DNA of 64,000 bases, from contig CM052819.1 of assembly GCA_028534125.1 (NCBI GenBank), positions 70,184,001 to 70,248,000 on the forward strand. The letters are read 5' to 3'. The DNA is from Lama glama. Lineage: Eukaryota. Below the pieces are notes generated by a model. That model did not search any database and was not told the DNA's origin. It worked only from the letters and a program-made list of their open reading frames with translations. Made by a program: the position numbers and the translations under genes. This document shows, one piece after another, positions 50,201 through 64,000 of the stretch (its first letter is position 1; every line of letters starts with the position of its first letter).

Positions 50201-53200
50201 ATGCATCATGCAACTACAAAGTTCACATTTCCCAACTAGCTGAGGACACTGCTTACGTGAAGAACAGCTAATAGTTTGTCTCTGTAGAAGCACATCATAC
50301 ACTGTGTGAAATCACACACTCACTAGGCAAATAGGAAAGCTGTCTTTTTGTGTTAGCTCTTTGGAAAAAAGCTTGAGACTAAATAAGCAGAACAGTCCAA
50401 AGCAAATATTAACTCTGGTGGTGTTAGGTGCCTGGATTTCCAAACGAAAATTGTTAATGTAACACGTATTTTGGTTTTAAGACATGCAAGCCCTTTTCGA
50501 TAAATGCTGCAAAATACAGAAAGAGAAAAGCCCAAGGTGCTAGAACTTAAATAGTCCTAAAGAAATCTTGCTGCCTTTTTTAAAAGGCTTTGTGCTTATC
50601 AATTAGAGCTTTGATTAAAAAAAAGCACAAAAATGAAATGTAAAAGAGAAAGACCTACAATATCGTGTCACTAATTTTTCTTTTTTTAGAGCAGTTTCTG
50701 AACTCATTTGGGACTCCAGAAGTGTTTCTGCAAGCACTGAGAGTGGATCAAGGACCTCATGAAAAGCTCTGATATAAAGTACAAAGCCATGGCACTGTTA
50801 CTGTTTAACATTCCAACTCAAGTGATAGTGTGACCACAGATGGTTGTCAAAGACTATTCCTGCTAATATCAGTTAATAGTAAATTGACTTGATGCACAAT
50901 GCCTCTCCCATAAATGGAGAGAGTGAAAAATATTACCTATATATGTTTCAAGTATCGTTTCCAAAAGTCACTGGTAGCTGGGAGTTAGAAGCCTCTGGTG
51001 TTCCTGTCCTTCTTTCCCTGCTGTACAAAAGGGTAATTGAGCAATCTGTGCTTTGGTCTGCCAGGAAGTCAATCCATCCGACTAACCTGCACCTGCCTGG
51101 CTAATGGCCTTTCTCCTATTCACCACTCAGCTGCTTTTGTGCGATCTCCTTAAATGCCCTGACGTTAGGAAGTGATTTCCAAAATTATGGACTCGAGCCC
51201 CCGGGATCAGGGACTGTTGTGTTCACCCAGTTCTTCATTCTTAAAATGTCCGCCATTGATGTCATGTCGTAGATGACAAGATATCTTTATGAAAAATTCA
51301 GTATAAAATGTCAGTTCTGTAACTCATAGTTGAAAGAACAGTTGTGTAGGAGTCTAGGAACCTAAGTTCTTATCTCATATTTACCTCGAAATCATTGAGA
51401 ATTTGCTTTCCTTAGCCTCCATTTATTCATATATAATATGACATAAAACAAGGCTTAAACATTCCAGGATTCACATTCCCCAATTTGGGAAAAGCATACA
51501 GTTAATTTTCAGCTGGGATTTGAAGCCATTTTACTTTTGTGTCTGGACTGGCAAAAACCTTAAAAAAAGAGAATATGTCAGATTTCTTATTTTTGCTTCA
51601 CAACTTAACTTGCTATTAAAGTTTCCAATGAATACTTCAGTAACTTGACACTGAACAAACTTTGGTTTTGGTTTCTAACTCTGTATCAATTGATAGATGT
51701 TTTTAGATGTAACCTAAGTTTGCTTTAGATTGGTTACCACTGTCACTTAAGAATTATTGAACATTTTTATTACATTGCTTCAGCATGTAATATGCTTTAA
51801 GAATTGACATGTACCATGCTTTGTATCTTTCCAATAGTACTACCATTGATAACTTCATGAGTCTAGAAACAGTGTTGCAGAAAATTCTGAACGAAGCATA
51901 GAATAATTTTATTTAAATATGGAACAAAATGAATTAGTATTATTTTATCTTAATTACTTCCATTATTGATAATGAAAACTTAACTGCATTTCAAAATTAG
52001 AGTAATACTTCATATATTCAGGATCATTCAGATGTAATTTTCTAGGTAATTAAAATTTAACCCCTTAGGTACCATATAGCTTTTACATTTTTAATTCTTT
52101 TAAATGGAAACATTTGTATCACGTTGCATACTGCCCTGACTCCAAGTCAAATTATATAATGCCTAACATTCATATAGTGCTTAAAAATGGACTTTCCAAG
52201 AAAATCACCTCTTAAACCAAATATTATTCAGAATATAGATAAACTTTCTTGTGATAATTCAGTTATTTCTACAAGCATATACTGTGCTATAATTCAGAAA
52301 GGATCTTGGGACCCACTGAAGTGATTAAACCTATTTGCCATACTAACCAGCCACACCCCAACAAGATTTTGACATCACTATGTTTGTTTGGAACAATGTA
52401 TCTTTTCTCTCACTATTCCTGTCAGTAGTCACTCTTGCTAATGATAACAGCTCATGTTTGCACAGCACTTCAGAGCCCACAAAGCACTTTCCCAGGCATT
52501 GCTCCATTTTGTGATTGCCTCATAGTCACTTTCCAATTTGCCACCAGGCCTTTGGAAACAAGATAATCAAACTTAAAAAGACATTCTATTTGAAGAGTAA
52601 ACAGTCTCTGAGTGAGGGCCCCAAGGAGTTTCCTTAAGGATAACCTTTAGTTCATTGACACCAGCGTTTATTCTGGCTGCTCAGAACCTATGTGTTTCCC
52701 ATGGATTTTTGACTAGGCTCTGAATGGGTGAGGTTGGCAGACATGCAGCCTCTGGCTCCATGAAATATTTCTGTTATTGAGCTTCTATAAGGAAACATCT
52801 AGTGATTTGGAGATGTTGTGTACTGGAATGAGAAATCAGCTTAGAGATTATTCACTGCAGGTTACTCATCATATAACTTAAGGAGTCTTACGACCAGAGA
52901 ATTTTTAGTGCTAAAGGCAGAACTGACTTAAGAAAACAACTCCTATGACTCTCAATCCAATGTTCTCTTTATTAATGCTGCACCACGCATTTGTTCTAAA
53001 TCATCTTGGTATTTCTAAGACACTGAGTTTTTGGAGGTTTGGCACAAAGGGTATGATGAAGACAATATATTTTCAAGTATATATATACTATGACATGCAG
53101 TGAAGCATGTAATAGAAAGATTGCCTTTCCCACTATTCAACTGTAAATATTTATCAGCACTCTTTTCATAGTTTCTAAAGTTGGAGAGAAAAGATTTTTA

Positions 53201-56200
53201 AAGAGATTGATTTTTAAAAAATGTTAGTTGACTATCCACTACACACAAAACCTGTATCTTGNNNNNNNNNNNNNNNNNNNNNNNNNNNNNNNNNNNNNNN
53301 NNNNNNNNNNNNNNNNNNNNNNNNNNNNNNNNNNNNNNNNNNNNNNNNNNNNNNNNNNNNNNNNNNNNNNNNNNNNNNNNNNNNNNNNNNNNNNNNNNNN
53401 NNNNNNNNNNNNNNNNNNNNNNNNNNNNNNNNNNNNNNNNNNNNNNNNNNNNNNTTCTCTGCAGATTAATATTAGGGAAGCACTGCAATTTGTATTTCAA
53501 TCATTTCTCCCATCCTAATATGAACTATAATTAGTTTGTGGTTAAGTCAGCATAGGTATTTCAATTGCCACTTTCTGGCCGCAGGGCAAGGATGGCTAAA
53601 TTGGTCACTTCTCTTCTAAGTGACGGTGTGTGAAAAAACTTATTACTATTCCCTCTAAATTCTTTACTTTCAACTACTCAACACAATTAATACCAAACAT
53701 TAATTGTGTTCAAGTGAGTGGCAACTTTGATTTGATATTTAATTCTTCTTAGGTGCTGAGAGTTGCAAGAAAATAGTTGCCTATTACAATCTTCAGTTCA
53801 TTCTCTTCTTTATCAAATGACCACACTGGAATCGAAGAAAAATGGAGCAAGGGCTTCTAAAATGATGATATTTCATCTTAATAAAATAGGATAATGAAAT
53901 ACAAGTAGTCTATATTATCTCATTGTAGGAAAGACAGATTTTTCAGCTCTTTATTACCTACCAACTTTGCACCATGTTTATACTTAACAACAATCCAAAA
54001 AAATGAAGTCCACTTTTTCTCATGTTTGGAGAAACTGGCTTGAATAGTTGCAGATTTATACTCACGACATGTTCATGATGATTCATACATTTAGCTTTGG
54101 GAGCAGAATTCTAGCAAAGAAATCCCACTATCAATTAATATGGAAATTGTGCTGGTAAATCAAGTATAATATCTAAGAAATAAGTTGTAGAATTTTAATC
54201 AATTGATATGAGTTTGAAACAAAACCTATGAGGACTCCGCGTAGACTGTGTGAGAAGATAATCTACAGCACTCTGACCTTCTGCAAAGAGGCTCCGAAAA
54301 TGAGGTGGTTGTTACATAAAGTAATTTGAAATAAGAAAAGACAGGAGATATTATATTAATTTAATTAGTTCATCTGACCAGAAAGTACAGAATAGTGAAA
54401 CAGAATATTATAGGAAGTGGAGAATAAACCAGAGGTTTGTTATTTAAAAGTTCTAGTTTGAACTCTAGCACCGTGACTTCCTAGCTATATAAGATTGAAT
54501 ACATTTTTAACTTCTATGCCTTTCTACTTCACAAACTGTAAAATGGGAATAATTGTACCTCTCTTTCAGCATTAAGCAGATAATTAATGTAAGACATCAA
54601 TCCCTCCGGGACATCAGTCACTTTCCAAAGGATAGCCCAATCTCCACTTTCAAACAGTAGGGGCAAGGAAATTCTGTTTGGCAACATGTGAGTTCAGTGA
54701 CTGCATCTTCCAAATGAAAAACTGAGATGTAATGTGCCAAGTATGAATGCATTTATGGTGACAGCAAGACAGAATATTTGAAATGGGAAATGTGACTGTA
54801 AAGCCCTGATGGGTGTTTGTCATGCTAGGAGGAACATAGACATCAGGAGAGAATCCAAGCATATCCATTTTTAAAGGAATTTTATTTAACAACCATTGGT
54901 GTTTTCATTTTGAAAAGAAAGGAAACTGACTAGAGCACAACACATACCCATAAAGTCACTTTCTCTGAAAAAGACACCTGCGTCTACTTTTCACGTTACC
55001 ATAAATTGTGGTGGTGACCAATTCTGATAAATTACATACAGATTCAAATATAAAGACAAAGAGGACATAAAGGAAGTTCCTTGTCATTTGGAATGGCTGG
55101 GGAACACTCTTCTTCCCTCTCTACCTCTGCTTTCTAAGTGTCCAGAGAGAAATCATTTCTTATCTTCAACACATTCTGTGACCTTTTAAAAGCTCCCCCT
55201 TTACAAGTGAGAATGATTTGTTGTTCAAGAAAAAAAAAATTCCTCATAGTTTTCTGGGTTTATGTGGGAAGTACACTTTATTTCAATTCTTTTCCTTAAA
55301 GGATACCATAAAACTTTCTTGTCTTCATTGATTCAATTCAAAAATAGAATAGAAGACCTTTCTTCTTTAGCTACTAAGAGAAAGAGATAATAGGGTGAAA
55401 GAGGAGATGGAAAAAGGCTATTCAATCCATATTTGAGGGCTAATCTTTACTGCACTTCTTCATTGCTCCTTCTTGTCTCTTCCTTATACTTCTGTAAACA
55501 CACACACACAAGCACACAAATACTTTTTAAATTGGACAATCAGAATATCTAACCTCATTAAGCAGAGTGAAGACTAATCTCTTCAGAAATGACCTTTTCT
55601 ATTAATAATAAATTACCCCACGACTTTATCTAAAGATTGTCTTATCTAGCTCAATTACTCTGTTTTGTTAATGTGCTTAACACCAGCAAGGTCAAAAGAC
55701 CTTGTAGAGAATGGGGAATGAGAGGGGTCATGCAGAATGATGTCTGCAAAGTTTAACAAAACTGAAGACCATGAGGGGGCTATAAAAAATATATTTCCTT
55801 TTCAGTGACTAGGGAGGGCAGAAAGCTTTTTAAAGACTCTGTTTAGATGACAATGTTTAAAGCATTAACCTTCCATCTCCTTCCGCTCCATCCTCATCTT
55901 CTTTCTTTGCACACACAAAGTAAGAAGCAAAGCTCTTTGTAATTTCTTAGAACAGAATTTACTCTCTCTTTTTTTTAAAGGTTGTCAATCCATTTTGAAT
56001 GACATTAAGCCAAAAATATGACATATCGTTATGTAATGAAGATATACTGGCAGTGTTAATGCCTCTCTCTAAAGGAAAATCACTGGCTATGAAATAATTC
56101 CCCTGATTTGCAAAATTTAGACATGCTCCTCTATGTGACAGACATTTAATGGTAAAACCTGCAATGTACTGTTGCACTTTGTTGTCACGATGTGCAATGT

Positions 56201-57439
56201 TTCACATGTAGAAAACCTCTTCTGATCATATTTATCTTTTCACATGTCCCTAAAGTTTTTCTGATAGAAAAAATTAATTGGATAATTTAAAAATCCACAT
56301 ACTTTAAAAAGGAGAGTTGAAGTGAAGATGTCGGGATTTCTGCTAAGCATTTTAAACTTACCATGACTGGAAGTGTTAAGGCTTTGAGAATAGCCAGTTG
56401 TTGAAAGTTAAGAAAAAGGAAGAGAGAGAAAGCAGAAATAGTTTGGTTCTCATTTGTAAAAAGTTCACACATTGCTTATAAAACATACTTTGTAAATCTG
56501 TGAATTTCCATGCTCTGAATGTTTCCTTTATCTTTGGGCAGAATCAGCAACTCATTCTCAGCTAATCCTTCGTTTGCAGTCAAAGGTAGTCAATGGCATT
56601 TCATCTTATTTGCTAATTTTCGGCATAAACTGATTCTAAGCTCTTGCTACGTAAGATGTATCCCACTGGCTTGCACACTTTGAGTACAACCTCAGGCTCT
56701 TCTACAAAAATAAACTCTTATTCACGTTGCCTTTTTTCTTTTTCACAAGTTTGGCATCTCATTCTTCCACCACCTGAGTGTGAGTCTTTTTTTTTTTGAA
56801 TCAGGACTCAGTCTTTCATAGACTCTTTTTCTTTCTACACTCATCATCATGTTTTTTTCTCCCTTTGTAGAACAAAACAAGTTTCACCCTTGCTTTGTTC
56901 GCTCCCTCTTCACACCAAAATGTCCTTCTTGTACTGCAGTTCATATTAAATGAGAGGATTCTTCTTACAGACAGTCTGAGATACCACCAGCCCCTAAATG
57001 GCTTCAATGGCCTGCAGCATCTAAGGGAAAAAACCAAAGAGCTAAGTTCCTTTCTGTTTCCCCAGCTTTCTGATGGGGAATGCGGAGTCAGTGGCCGGGC
57101 CAGAGAGACCTCGCAGCTTCAGGACCTCAAGCTCATCACCTCAGGTGTCACTCAGTCACGAAGAAGTGGTGTTATTTTGGTGAAGAGGATGTAAGATGTC
57201 CAAAGCTCCCAGGCAAAAAAATCTCTCCCAACCTGAATGAGTAAGGAGGAAGTGAGCGAAGTTTTGGAAAGAAGGGGAAAAGATGCATTAATGCATCAAA
57301 GAGAAGAGAGGCACCTGGGAGTAGCAATAAGAATAAAAAAGAAGATAAACAGATGGGGCATCATAAAGGTAAGGAGAAAGCATTGCTGCCTGGCAAATTG
57401 GCATTCAACATACCCTTTTTTGGGGAGGAGTGCAGATAT

Positions 57440-57595
57440 CTCTTTTATTTATCTTTTATTAAAGTGTAGTCAGTTTACAATGTTGTGGCACTTATATGTG
57501 GAATCTAAAAAAATGACACAAATGAACTTATTTACAAAACAGAAACAGACTCACAGACATAGAAAACAAACTTAAGGTTACCAGCAGGGGAAACA
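57440..57595. mobile_element. Short L1 3' UTR insertion with internal inversion
   Basis: Minus-strand L1 terminus (57440-57487) fused to a plus-strand L1 3' UTR segment (cacttatatgtggaatctaaaaaaatgacacaaatgaac...ggttaccag). Confidence 0.8.
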
Positions 57596-58244
57596 ATGTG
57601 GGAATGAATATACTTTTCAAAAGAGGGACCAACCATTTTTTCCTTCCTCTCAGATAAATGAGTTTAGCTGCTTAGGCTGAAAAAGGAAAAGGAAAGAAGG
57701 AAGGAAGGAAGGAACTCCATCATCATCAAATAAAAGATCTCTTGCTATATTCTGGAATATGTCAGACTACTGATGTCACGGTTTATTCTTCCCTTCTAAA
57801 AGACTAGCAAAATCATTCTGATTACAAGAAAAGTTGATGACTTTATAAAGAGAAATAAAGCTACTTTTACATAATGAATGTAGTAATTTTTTTTTCTGAA
57901 GGACCCCAAATCCTCACAGAGATACCCTCATTGGTACTTCTTTCTAGTAGGCAACTGGTAAAGAAAAAGTGGTTTCATTTTGTAGTGGAAGAAATGAGAC
58001 AGGACACTCTTACTTGATTTTGATATATAAAGAGATTTTAAAGACACCATCTTTAGTTGGACAAAACAATCCTGGGATCAAACGCTGGCTTCATCATTGA
58101 CACACTTTACCCTTGAGAAATTTTTCAAACATCCTAAACCTCAGTTTCCTCATGTATAAGCTGGCGATAGTGACAGTCCTTATTTCTTAGAGTTGTTGGG
58201 AAGCCAAAATGAGTGAATTTAAATTACCTCAGCAGACAGCCTGA

Positions 58245-58722
58245 TACATCAGAATTTTCCATCACTACTGTGACAAATAACCACAGACCTAGTGGCTAAA
58301 AAAATAAGAATTTATTATCTTACAGTTCCTGGAGGTCAGAAGTCTGAGCTGGGTCCCACTGGGCTAGAATCCAGGTGTCAGCAGGGTGGTGTTCCTTTCT
58401 GAAGGTTCTGGGGGAGAAGCCATTTTCTTGCCTTCTGCTGCCTTCTAGAAGCTGTGTGCAGTATATTCCTTGTCTTACACTCCCATCCCTCTATCTTCAA
58501 AGCCAGAAAGCAAGCAGCAAAGCTTTCCTGCTTTTAACGACTCCTGTAATTAGGTTGGGGCACTGGGACAGTCCAGGATAATCTCCTCCTCATCTCAATG
58601 TTCTTAACATGAATCACATCAGCAATGTCCCTCTTGCCATGTGAAGAAACATATTCATGGGTTCCAGGGAAGAGCAGGTAGACATCTCTGGTTGAGGTCT
58701 GGTCATGATCCTGCTTACCATA
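58245..58722 (-). mobile_element. MaLR solo LTR (MLT1C/D-like) inserted in a MIR
   Basis: aatttattatcttacagttc.tggaggtcagaagtc, gtgtcagcaggg, ccaggataatctcc, aatcacatc.gcaa.gtccct.ttgccatgt. A MIR body lies upstream (about 58050-58243) and a MIR-like tail resumes after 58722. Confidence 0.85.
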
Positions 58723-61700
58723 GTCGGCTACTTCATGAATGGGATCACTTTATTATTATTATCCTCATCATTACAATTTTATTGGCATTAGCTCGGTCAT
58801 ACACCTTTAGACTCTCATCGCTTACATATTACTAGTGACCCTAACCTCCAACACACAACCATATCACTCATTTCTCAGCTGAAGAATGAGAGACCAAGAG
58901 ATGGGAGATGACTTACGCAAGGCCATCCAGCCAGCTAATGCTGACTTTCTACAATTCACAGTTCGTGACTCAGTACAGCGCTTCCCCCATATTACACTGC
59001 TGAGAACAGTAATGTAAAATGTATACCTAATATTTATACCTGACTTGAAGTTTATTTTGCATAGAACCTCAAAAATGTCAAGCTAATTACCTAATTTGCA
59101 TAACTGAGAACATAAAACAATTTTCCTACTTTTCATAGGATGATCTTAAGCTATATTAGGAAGAATGCATATAATTTCTAAACTTTCCTGTGTTCAGATT
59201 AGAATTTAGATTTGAAAAAAGTGAGTTTTTAGAGAACAAATATTCTATCTCTATGCCTTTTTTTCTTGCTATTTTTTTCTTATATTTTTCTTTCCTTTCC
59301 CTTTTTTGTTCCCATAGTTCTGAATGACTATGTTGTGTGTTCAGTAGGAAAAATTAACACCTCAAGAAGTCAGCAACTTATTTCATTTCTAATTTATGAT
59401 AGCATTTTATCAACAATCTATTATTCCATTTTCCTTCTAAGAGTGTCCATGTTGACTCAAATAGGCTACCCCCTGGGACAGTTCAAAATATTCTGGATAC
59501 CAGTTTGAAAATATCTACCCATATACCTTGCTAGAGGGAAATAAGCATAGGTTAATGATATCTTACAAACCTAACATTAGCCACTAGTTCTATTTTGGTT
59601 AGATAAACACTTTATATAGACAAATCAAGGCAAAACTATGTTTCTATTCTCTAACACATTTAAATCAAATTATGATTATGTATTTGATGGCTATCATCTC
59701 TTACTCCTCCCGGCCCAATAAATTCATGGACTTCACTTTTTAGTTGTTTCTTCCAGGCAAACTTTTCAAATTTCTAGACATCTGATGCATTGCAGTATTG
59801 AACTGACTTGAATAATGAGAAACTTTGACAGAAGAGTTCTATCAGTATCTCAGTAAATCAGACACCTCATCATTACTCCTTTTTAAAATTCTGCATTCTT
59901 TTTTTTCCTTAGGACACCATGGGAAGAGTTTACTTCATTAACAGAATAACTGGCATTTTCTGACCAAAAGACTACCCACAATAAATTTAGCTATTTGAAA
60001 TTTCCCAATGATGGAATTTCTGCTTTATATGTAACTGATAAATGGCAAGTGTATTTTTCCAAAATATCCCAGCCATTTTCAATATATCTTCTCATGGCAG
60101 TATTATATTCCTTAATATACAAGTGCCCTGAGTATAAACACAAGTATAGCACACATGATGCTCAAAGTATGTATTATTCTGTGAGAAGCTGGCTTTTCAC
60201 TGGAAAATTCTTCTCTGTTAATTTGTATTCAAATTACAGGTTAACATTAGGTAGAAACTGCAGACAGTGGAAATTCATTTTTCATTTATAGGAGCCCATG
60301 CAGGGTCAAAGATAATGGCTATTCAGAAAGGTTAGTGCCAAGAACATCCAAGATTTATTGAGTCCAATTCAATAAATGATGAAGAAGGAAACAGTCCAAT
60401 AGGAGTATATTTTTAATTTAATTTCACATGAAGAGAACCTTTAGAAACCACAATCCTAAATCCTATATCGTGCTTTTTTCTCAACCATTCCTGCAAAGCA
60501 ACACACACACAGAATTACATCTCAAATAATAGAAAATACACAGGAAATAAAGAATCACTGGACACAAGTATGTACTTAATAAAGAATAATACTTTAACTT
60601 CCATTTTCAAATGCACTACAGGCTAAGAGGATTCAGTGCCACAAAGTAAACCTAAGCAGATATCTTTATTTACCAGATTTCTTTCATTAAGTATTAAAAT
60701 AATTCTATCGAGTACAGTCATTTGACATCACTCTTCTGGTACAAGATAGCAACTGAGTTATTTGTGAAAGGGTAGGGACAGAAGAGGCTCAAATATTTGG
60801 TATTTAGAAAATGTGAGATAAAAACTTGACTACAATGCCTAAATAAGGAAGACACTTGCAACCTAGAAACTCTTAATAAAGGAGACCTTTAGGAGAGAGG
60901 CCATTTGCAGCCTAAGATTTATTTTTGAGCCTCACCTCTCCCAACTCCTTAGTTACTTTGCTGGGGAAACAAAATATCTTAAAACGTGCACTGAAATCAG
61001 ATCTGAGTGGTAGGATCTGATAGCAGCACTAATTCTAGAGCCTGGCACAATGACCGGAATGTGAAAAATAACACAGGTGAAAATCATTAGGTGGTGACCC
61101 AGCTAAATGTGTTCAAGTGATGTATGGGGAAAAATACCCAGATAAATTTTTTTTTATGTAATAAGTCTTTTCTCTATAACATGATAGTCTTCAGAGAATG
61201 TAGTTTATATTCAGTCCAGTGAAATAGGTTGAATTATGCCTAAAGGCAGCATAAATGTGTATATTTACACTGACACCTCTTTTATATATCTTTCCCTGGA
61301 GAATGAAATGTTCTGGATGAGAAAAATTTTAAGATAACTAAAATATACCCATTTAATTATAAAACTGTATTAGCAAAACATGCTTTGACATCCTGGGTGG
61401 CATTTTATCAAAAAATGCATTGAACACTCCAATGATTTATCTATCAAACTTAGTAATAGGCTAAGCATAATCTGTCCTATTTTTGATGATACCATAGTCA
61501 TAATTATTGTCCTGTATTTAAGAGAATGGATTCCCCGGGAGGTACCCTGTTGTCTGAGTGTGTTGGACCACCCACTAAATGCCTCCTGGATTGCTATATT
61601 TTCCCAGATCCTGATCTTCAATCTCCTCCATACTGTCAACCATCATTTCCTTAGTGTGTCTGGTTTAATGATTTTCCCTTCCTCTCCTTGTTTCTTCTAA

Positions 61701-62044
61701 ACTGTCTTCCACTAAAACGAACTAAATCATAACAGGGAATCAGACAACTGAGATTTAAAATCCAGCAGTCTTAATTATTCACACAAGACTCTTAATCAGT
61801 AGACTCAATTTTTTTTTTTAAATTACCAAAGTCCTGGCAACACTTTCTTCTCCTTGCTTAAGGATAGATAAAGAGCTAGTTCTGGATGAATATTATTGTA
61901 ATCATTGCTATAAATTTGACTTACGAATACATATGGTACACATGGATTTGCTTTCTATCACCTTAAAGCGTCAGAATATAATATGTACTGGGATATGCAA
62001 AAAAGATAGTACTTATTGACTTCACATGGAAGCTTCTCAGAGAT

Positions 62045-62142
62045 AAGAAGCTCAGCACCACACCCACTGCAGGACCTACTGAATCCGAATTTTGACAGTA
62101 TCCACACAAAATCCTTCTGCACATTAAATCTGAGAAGCACTG
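62045..62142 (+). mobile_element. MER5A1-like relic
   Basis: gacctactgaatccgaattt...tgcacattaaa.ctgagaagcactg. Confidence 0.6.
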
Positions 62143-64000
62143 ATTTAGAACATAATACTCTCCAACAATAGGCCCTCCAATGAAGAACTTTCACTAATAT
62201 CATCGGAGAAATCAAGATTTTCTGAGTTTTAGATCTCAGTTTTTCCCTTTAATACTTTTCCTTCTGCCTTCATGGAGTATTTTTATTTTCTGACATACCC
62301 TTAGCAAGATGTTGTTATCTTCAAGAAAAAAAATCTGAGTTCAAATAAATTTGTTGCAGATAAATAGATATATTACTCAACTTAATTTAGAGCCATGAAT
62401 CATAGATTTTTAAATCTCCAAGGAACTTGGTGCCCATCTTTGCTACTAGGCCTGTGTCTAAATTAAAGCTTTATTCATTTACTCCTGGAGTTCTCCTGGT
62501 CTCCATTCCTGCCTGGGTTGACCTTGCCATTTAGGTTGGCGGTACTCTGTGCAGGCTCCTTAAATTTTGCTGGTTCAATCTAGGAACTCTTCTTAATGTA
62601 GCAACTTAAACTTTCCCCATTACATCATTAGCTCTCATGAGCTGGTCTAGCTCTCTGCCCTGTAGGTCTTTAGTTGTATCTCTGGGGTTAGACAAAAAAA
62701 TTCAACCTCAGCTCCATCTGTGATCTCATAACTCTTAACAATAACTACTAACGTTAGTTGTGACAAAGGCATGATTGTAGGAGATTATGATTTCTGGTGA
62801 AAGGAAGAAAAATTAAGAGCTCTTCTCTTTCCAGCCCCTCTTTCTTGGTATCTTTCATAGCTCTCAGATTACTTGTCCTCTTTGTATTGCTTTTGTCTCA
62901 TTCTTCCTTAGAGCTAATAGGAGAGCATGGGGCAGGAACCCTACACTTCCTTCTCACAAGCCTATGACATAAACCAGAAAAAAGGGAACAAGAGTTGACC
63001 CCAAAATTAGATTTTAGTCTAGGCCTTATTTAGATATACATTCCATTAGATGGAATTCAGCCCAGTTAGCCAAGAGCACAGATTACACAGGACTTAAAGT
63101 TTAAACACTAATTAGTAATAAAAAAGTATAATGGACCTAGAATCTCCCTCAGGCATAACTCTCTATAAGGATCTGGGAGATGGATGCCAAGGGAAAAAAA
63201 GAATGGGAGGAGGCCTTCTTATTAAAAATGTCAGTGGGCCCCAGATAATTTTGCATGGTTAGATTTCTTTTTTTTTTTTAATTCACCTCCAAAATTTATG
63301 ACTCTTGAGTCTTAGCTGGTTTCTCCAAATGAAAGTGCTCCTTTTTACAGGGCTTATAGATAACACTCTTGCAAAACTAGGCAAAAATCCTCTCCCTTCA
63401 CTGGTAACCTATTTTGAATCTGAGCCTAGCACAGCAACTAAATAAATAAATAGTCTTGTGCTCTGCTCAGAGAGATAGCACAAGAATAATTCACTGTTAA
63501 AAATAACCTGATTTTTAATGCAAGTGTTTATTTAAAAAATATAATTCATCTACTTTCAAGTTAGACCTCATACTAAACCAATTCGAAAATTAATGTTGAA
63601 AGATAAATGAAAGCTATTTCCTGAAGCAAGTTTTTCATTTATATTTTTAGGAATGCCTTTGGATTGGTTAACTATCAGAAGCTGACCTTCCTAAATGCCC
63701 CATATCTAGTGAATTAATGTAACTGTCTATAAATGCATCCTATCCTGTGGTAAATTACATGGTAAACAACGGGTGCAATTATAACAGATGCATGCTCACT
63801 AAGATGCATAAGATGAGAATTCAAAATGATGGAGAACACGTTCTCTCCTTATTAAAAACAAGTCCTCATTCCCCCTTGTGGACTTTGTCATGCAATTTGC
63901 TCTCTTTCTACTCCTCTCCCCATTAAAGAAGAATTACTGAGTCACAGTTATGTCTAATATAAAGACACAACTGAATTTTGTTAAATGCTCACTTGGAAGA

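Noticed and set aside
32760-64000. ALCAM exon 1/promoter or a nested gene in this half of the window
   Set aside because: No CpG island, no signal-peptide exon, and no recognisable non-L1 coding or structural RNA sequence were seen; consistent with intron 1. Non-coding transcripts cannot be excluded by eye.

Overview
Mammalian genomic DNA (AT-rich, CpG-poor, six N gaps) containing the central part of ALCAM (CD166, V-V-C2-C2-C2 Ig superfamily adhesion molecule) on the minus strand. Exons are numbered as in the human gene, recalled from memory. Exons 2-11 and 14 can be read in full with correct splice sites and phases. Exon 12 shows only its first 11 nt before an N gap, and exon 13 is not visible and probably lies in another gap. 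Exon 1 (beyond 64000) and exons 15-16 (before position 1) are outside the window; 32760-64000 is intron 1. The introns hold old mammalian repeats (MIR, L2, MER5/MER20/MER103, MLT1, L1M) and young L1 copies. Their 3' UTRs, plus the apparent absence of Alu, Bov-A/BovB, PRE-1 or SINEC, suggest a camelid or related cetartiodactyl (inference). I found no convincing previously undescribed system. The best leads are: a weak GC donor at exon 11 followed by an in-frame stop and a sense-oriented young L1 poly(A) signal (possible secreted isoform); read-through stops after exons 3 and 14; A/T-to-G/C substitution clusters in exons 3 and 14; a strong CTCF motif about 1 kb upstream of exon 2; and assembly gaps over exons 12-13. 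Nearly all other ORFs in the supplied track are spurious or L1-derived.
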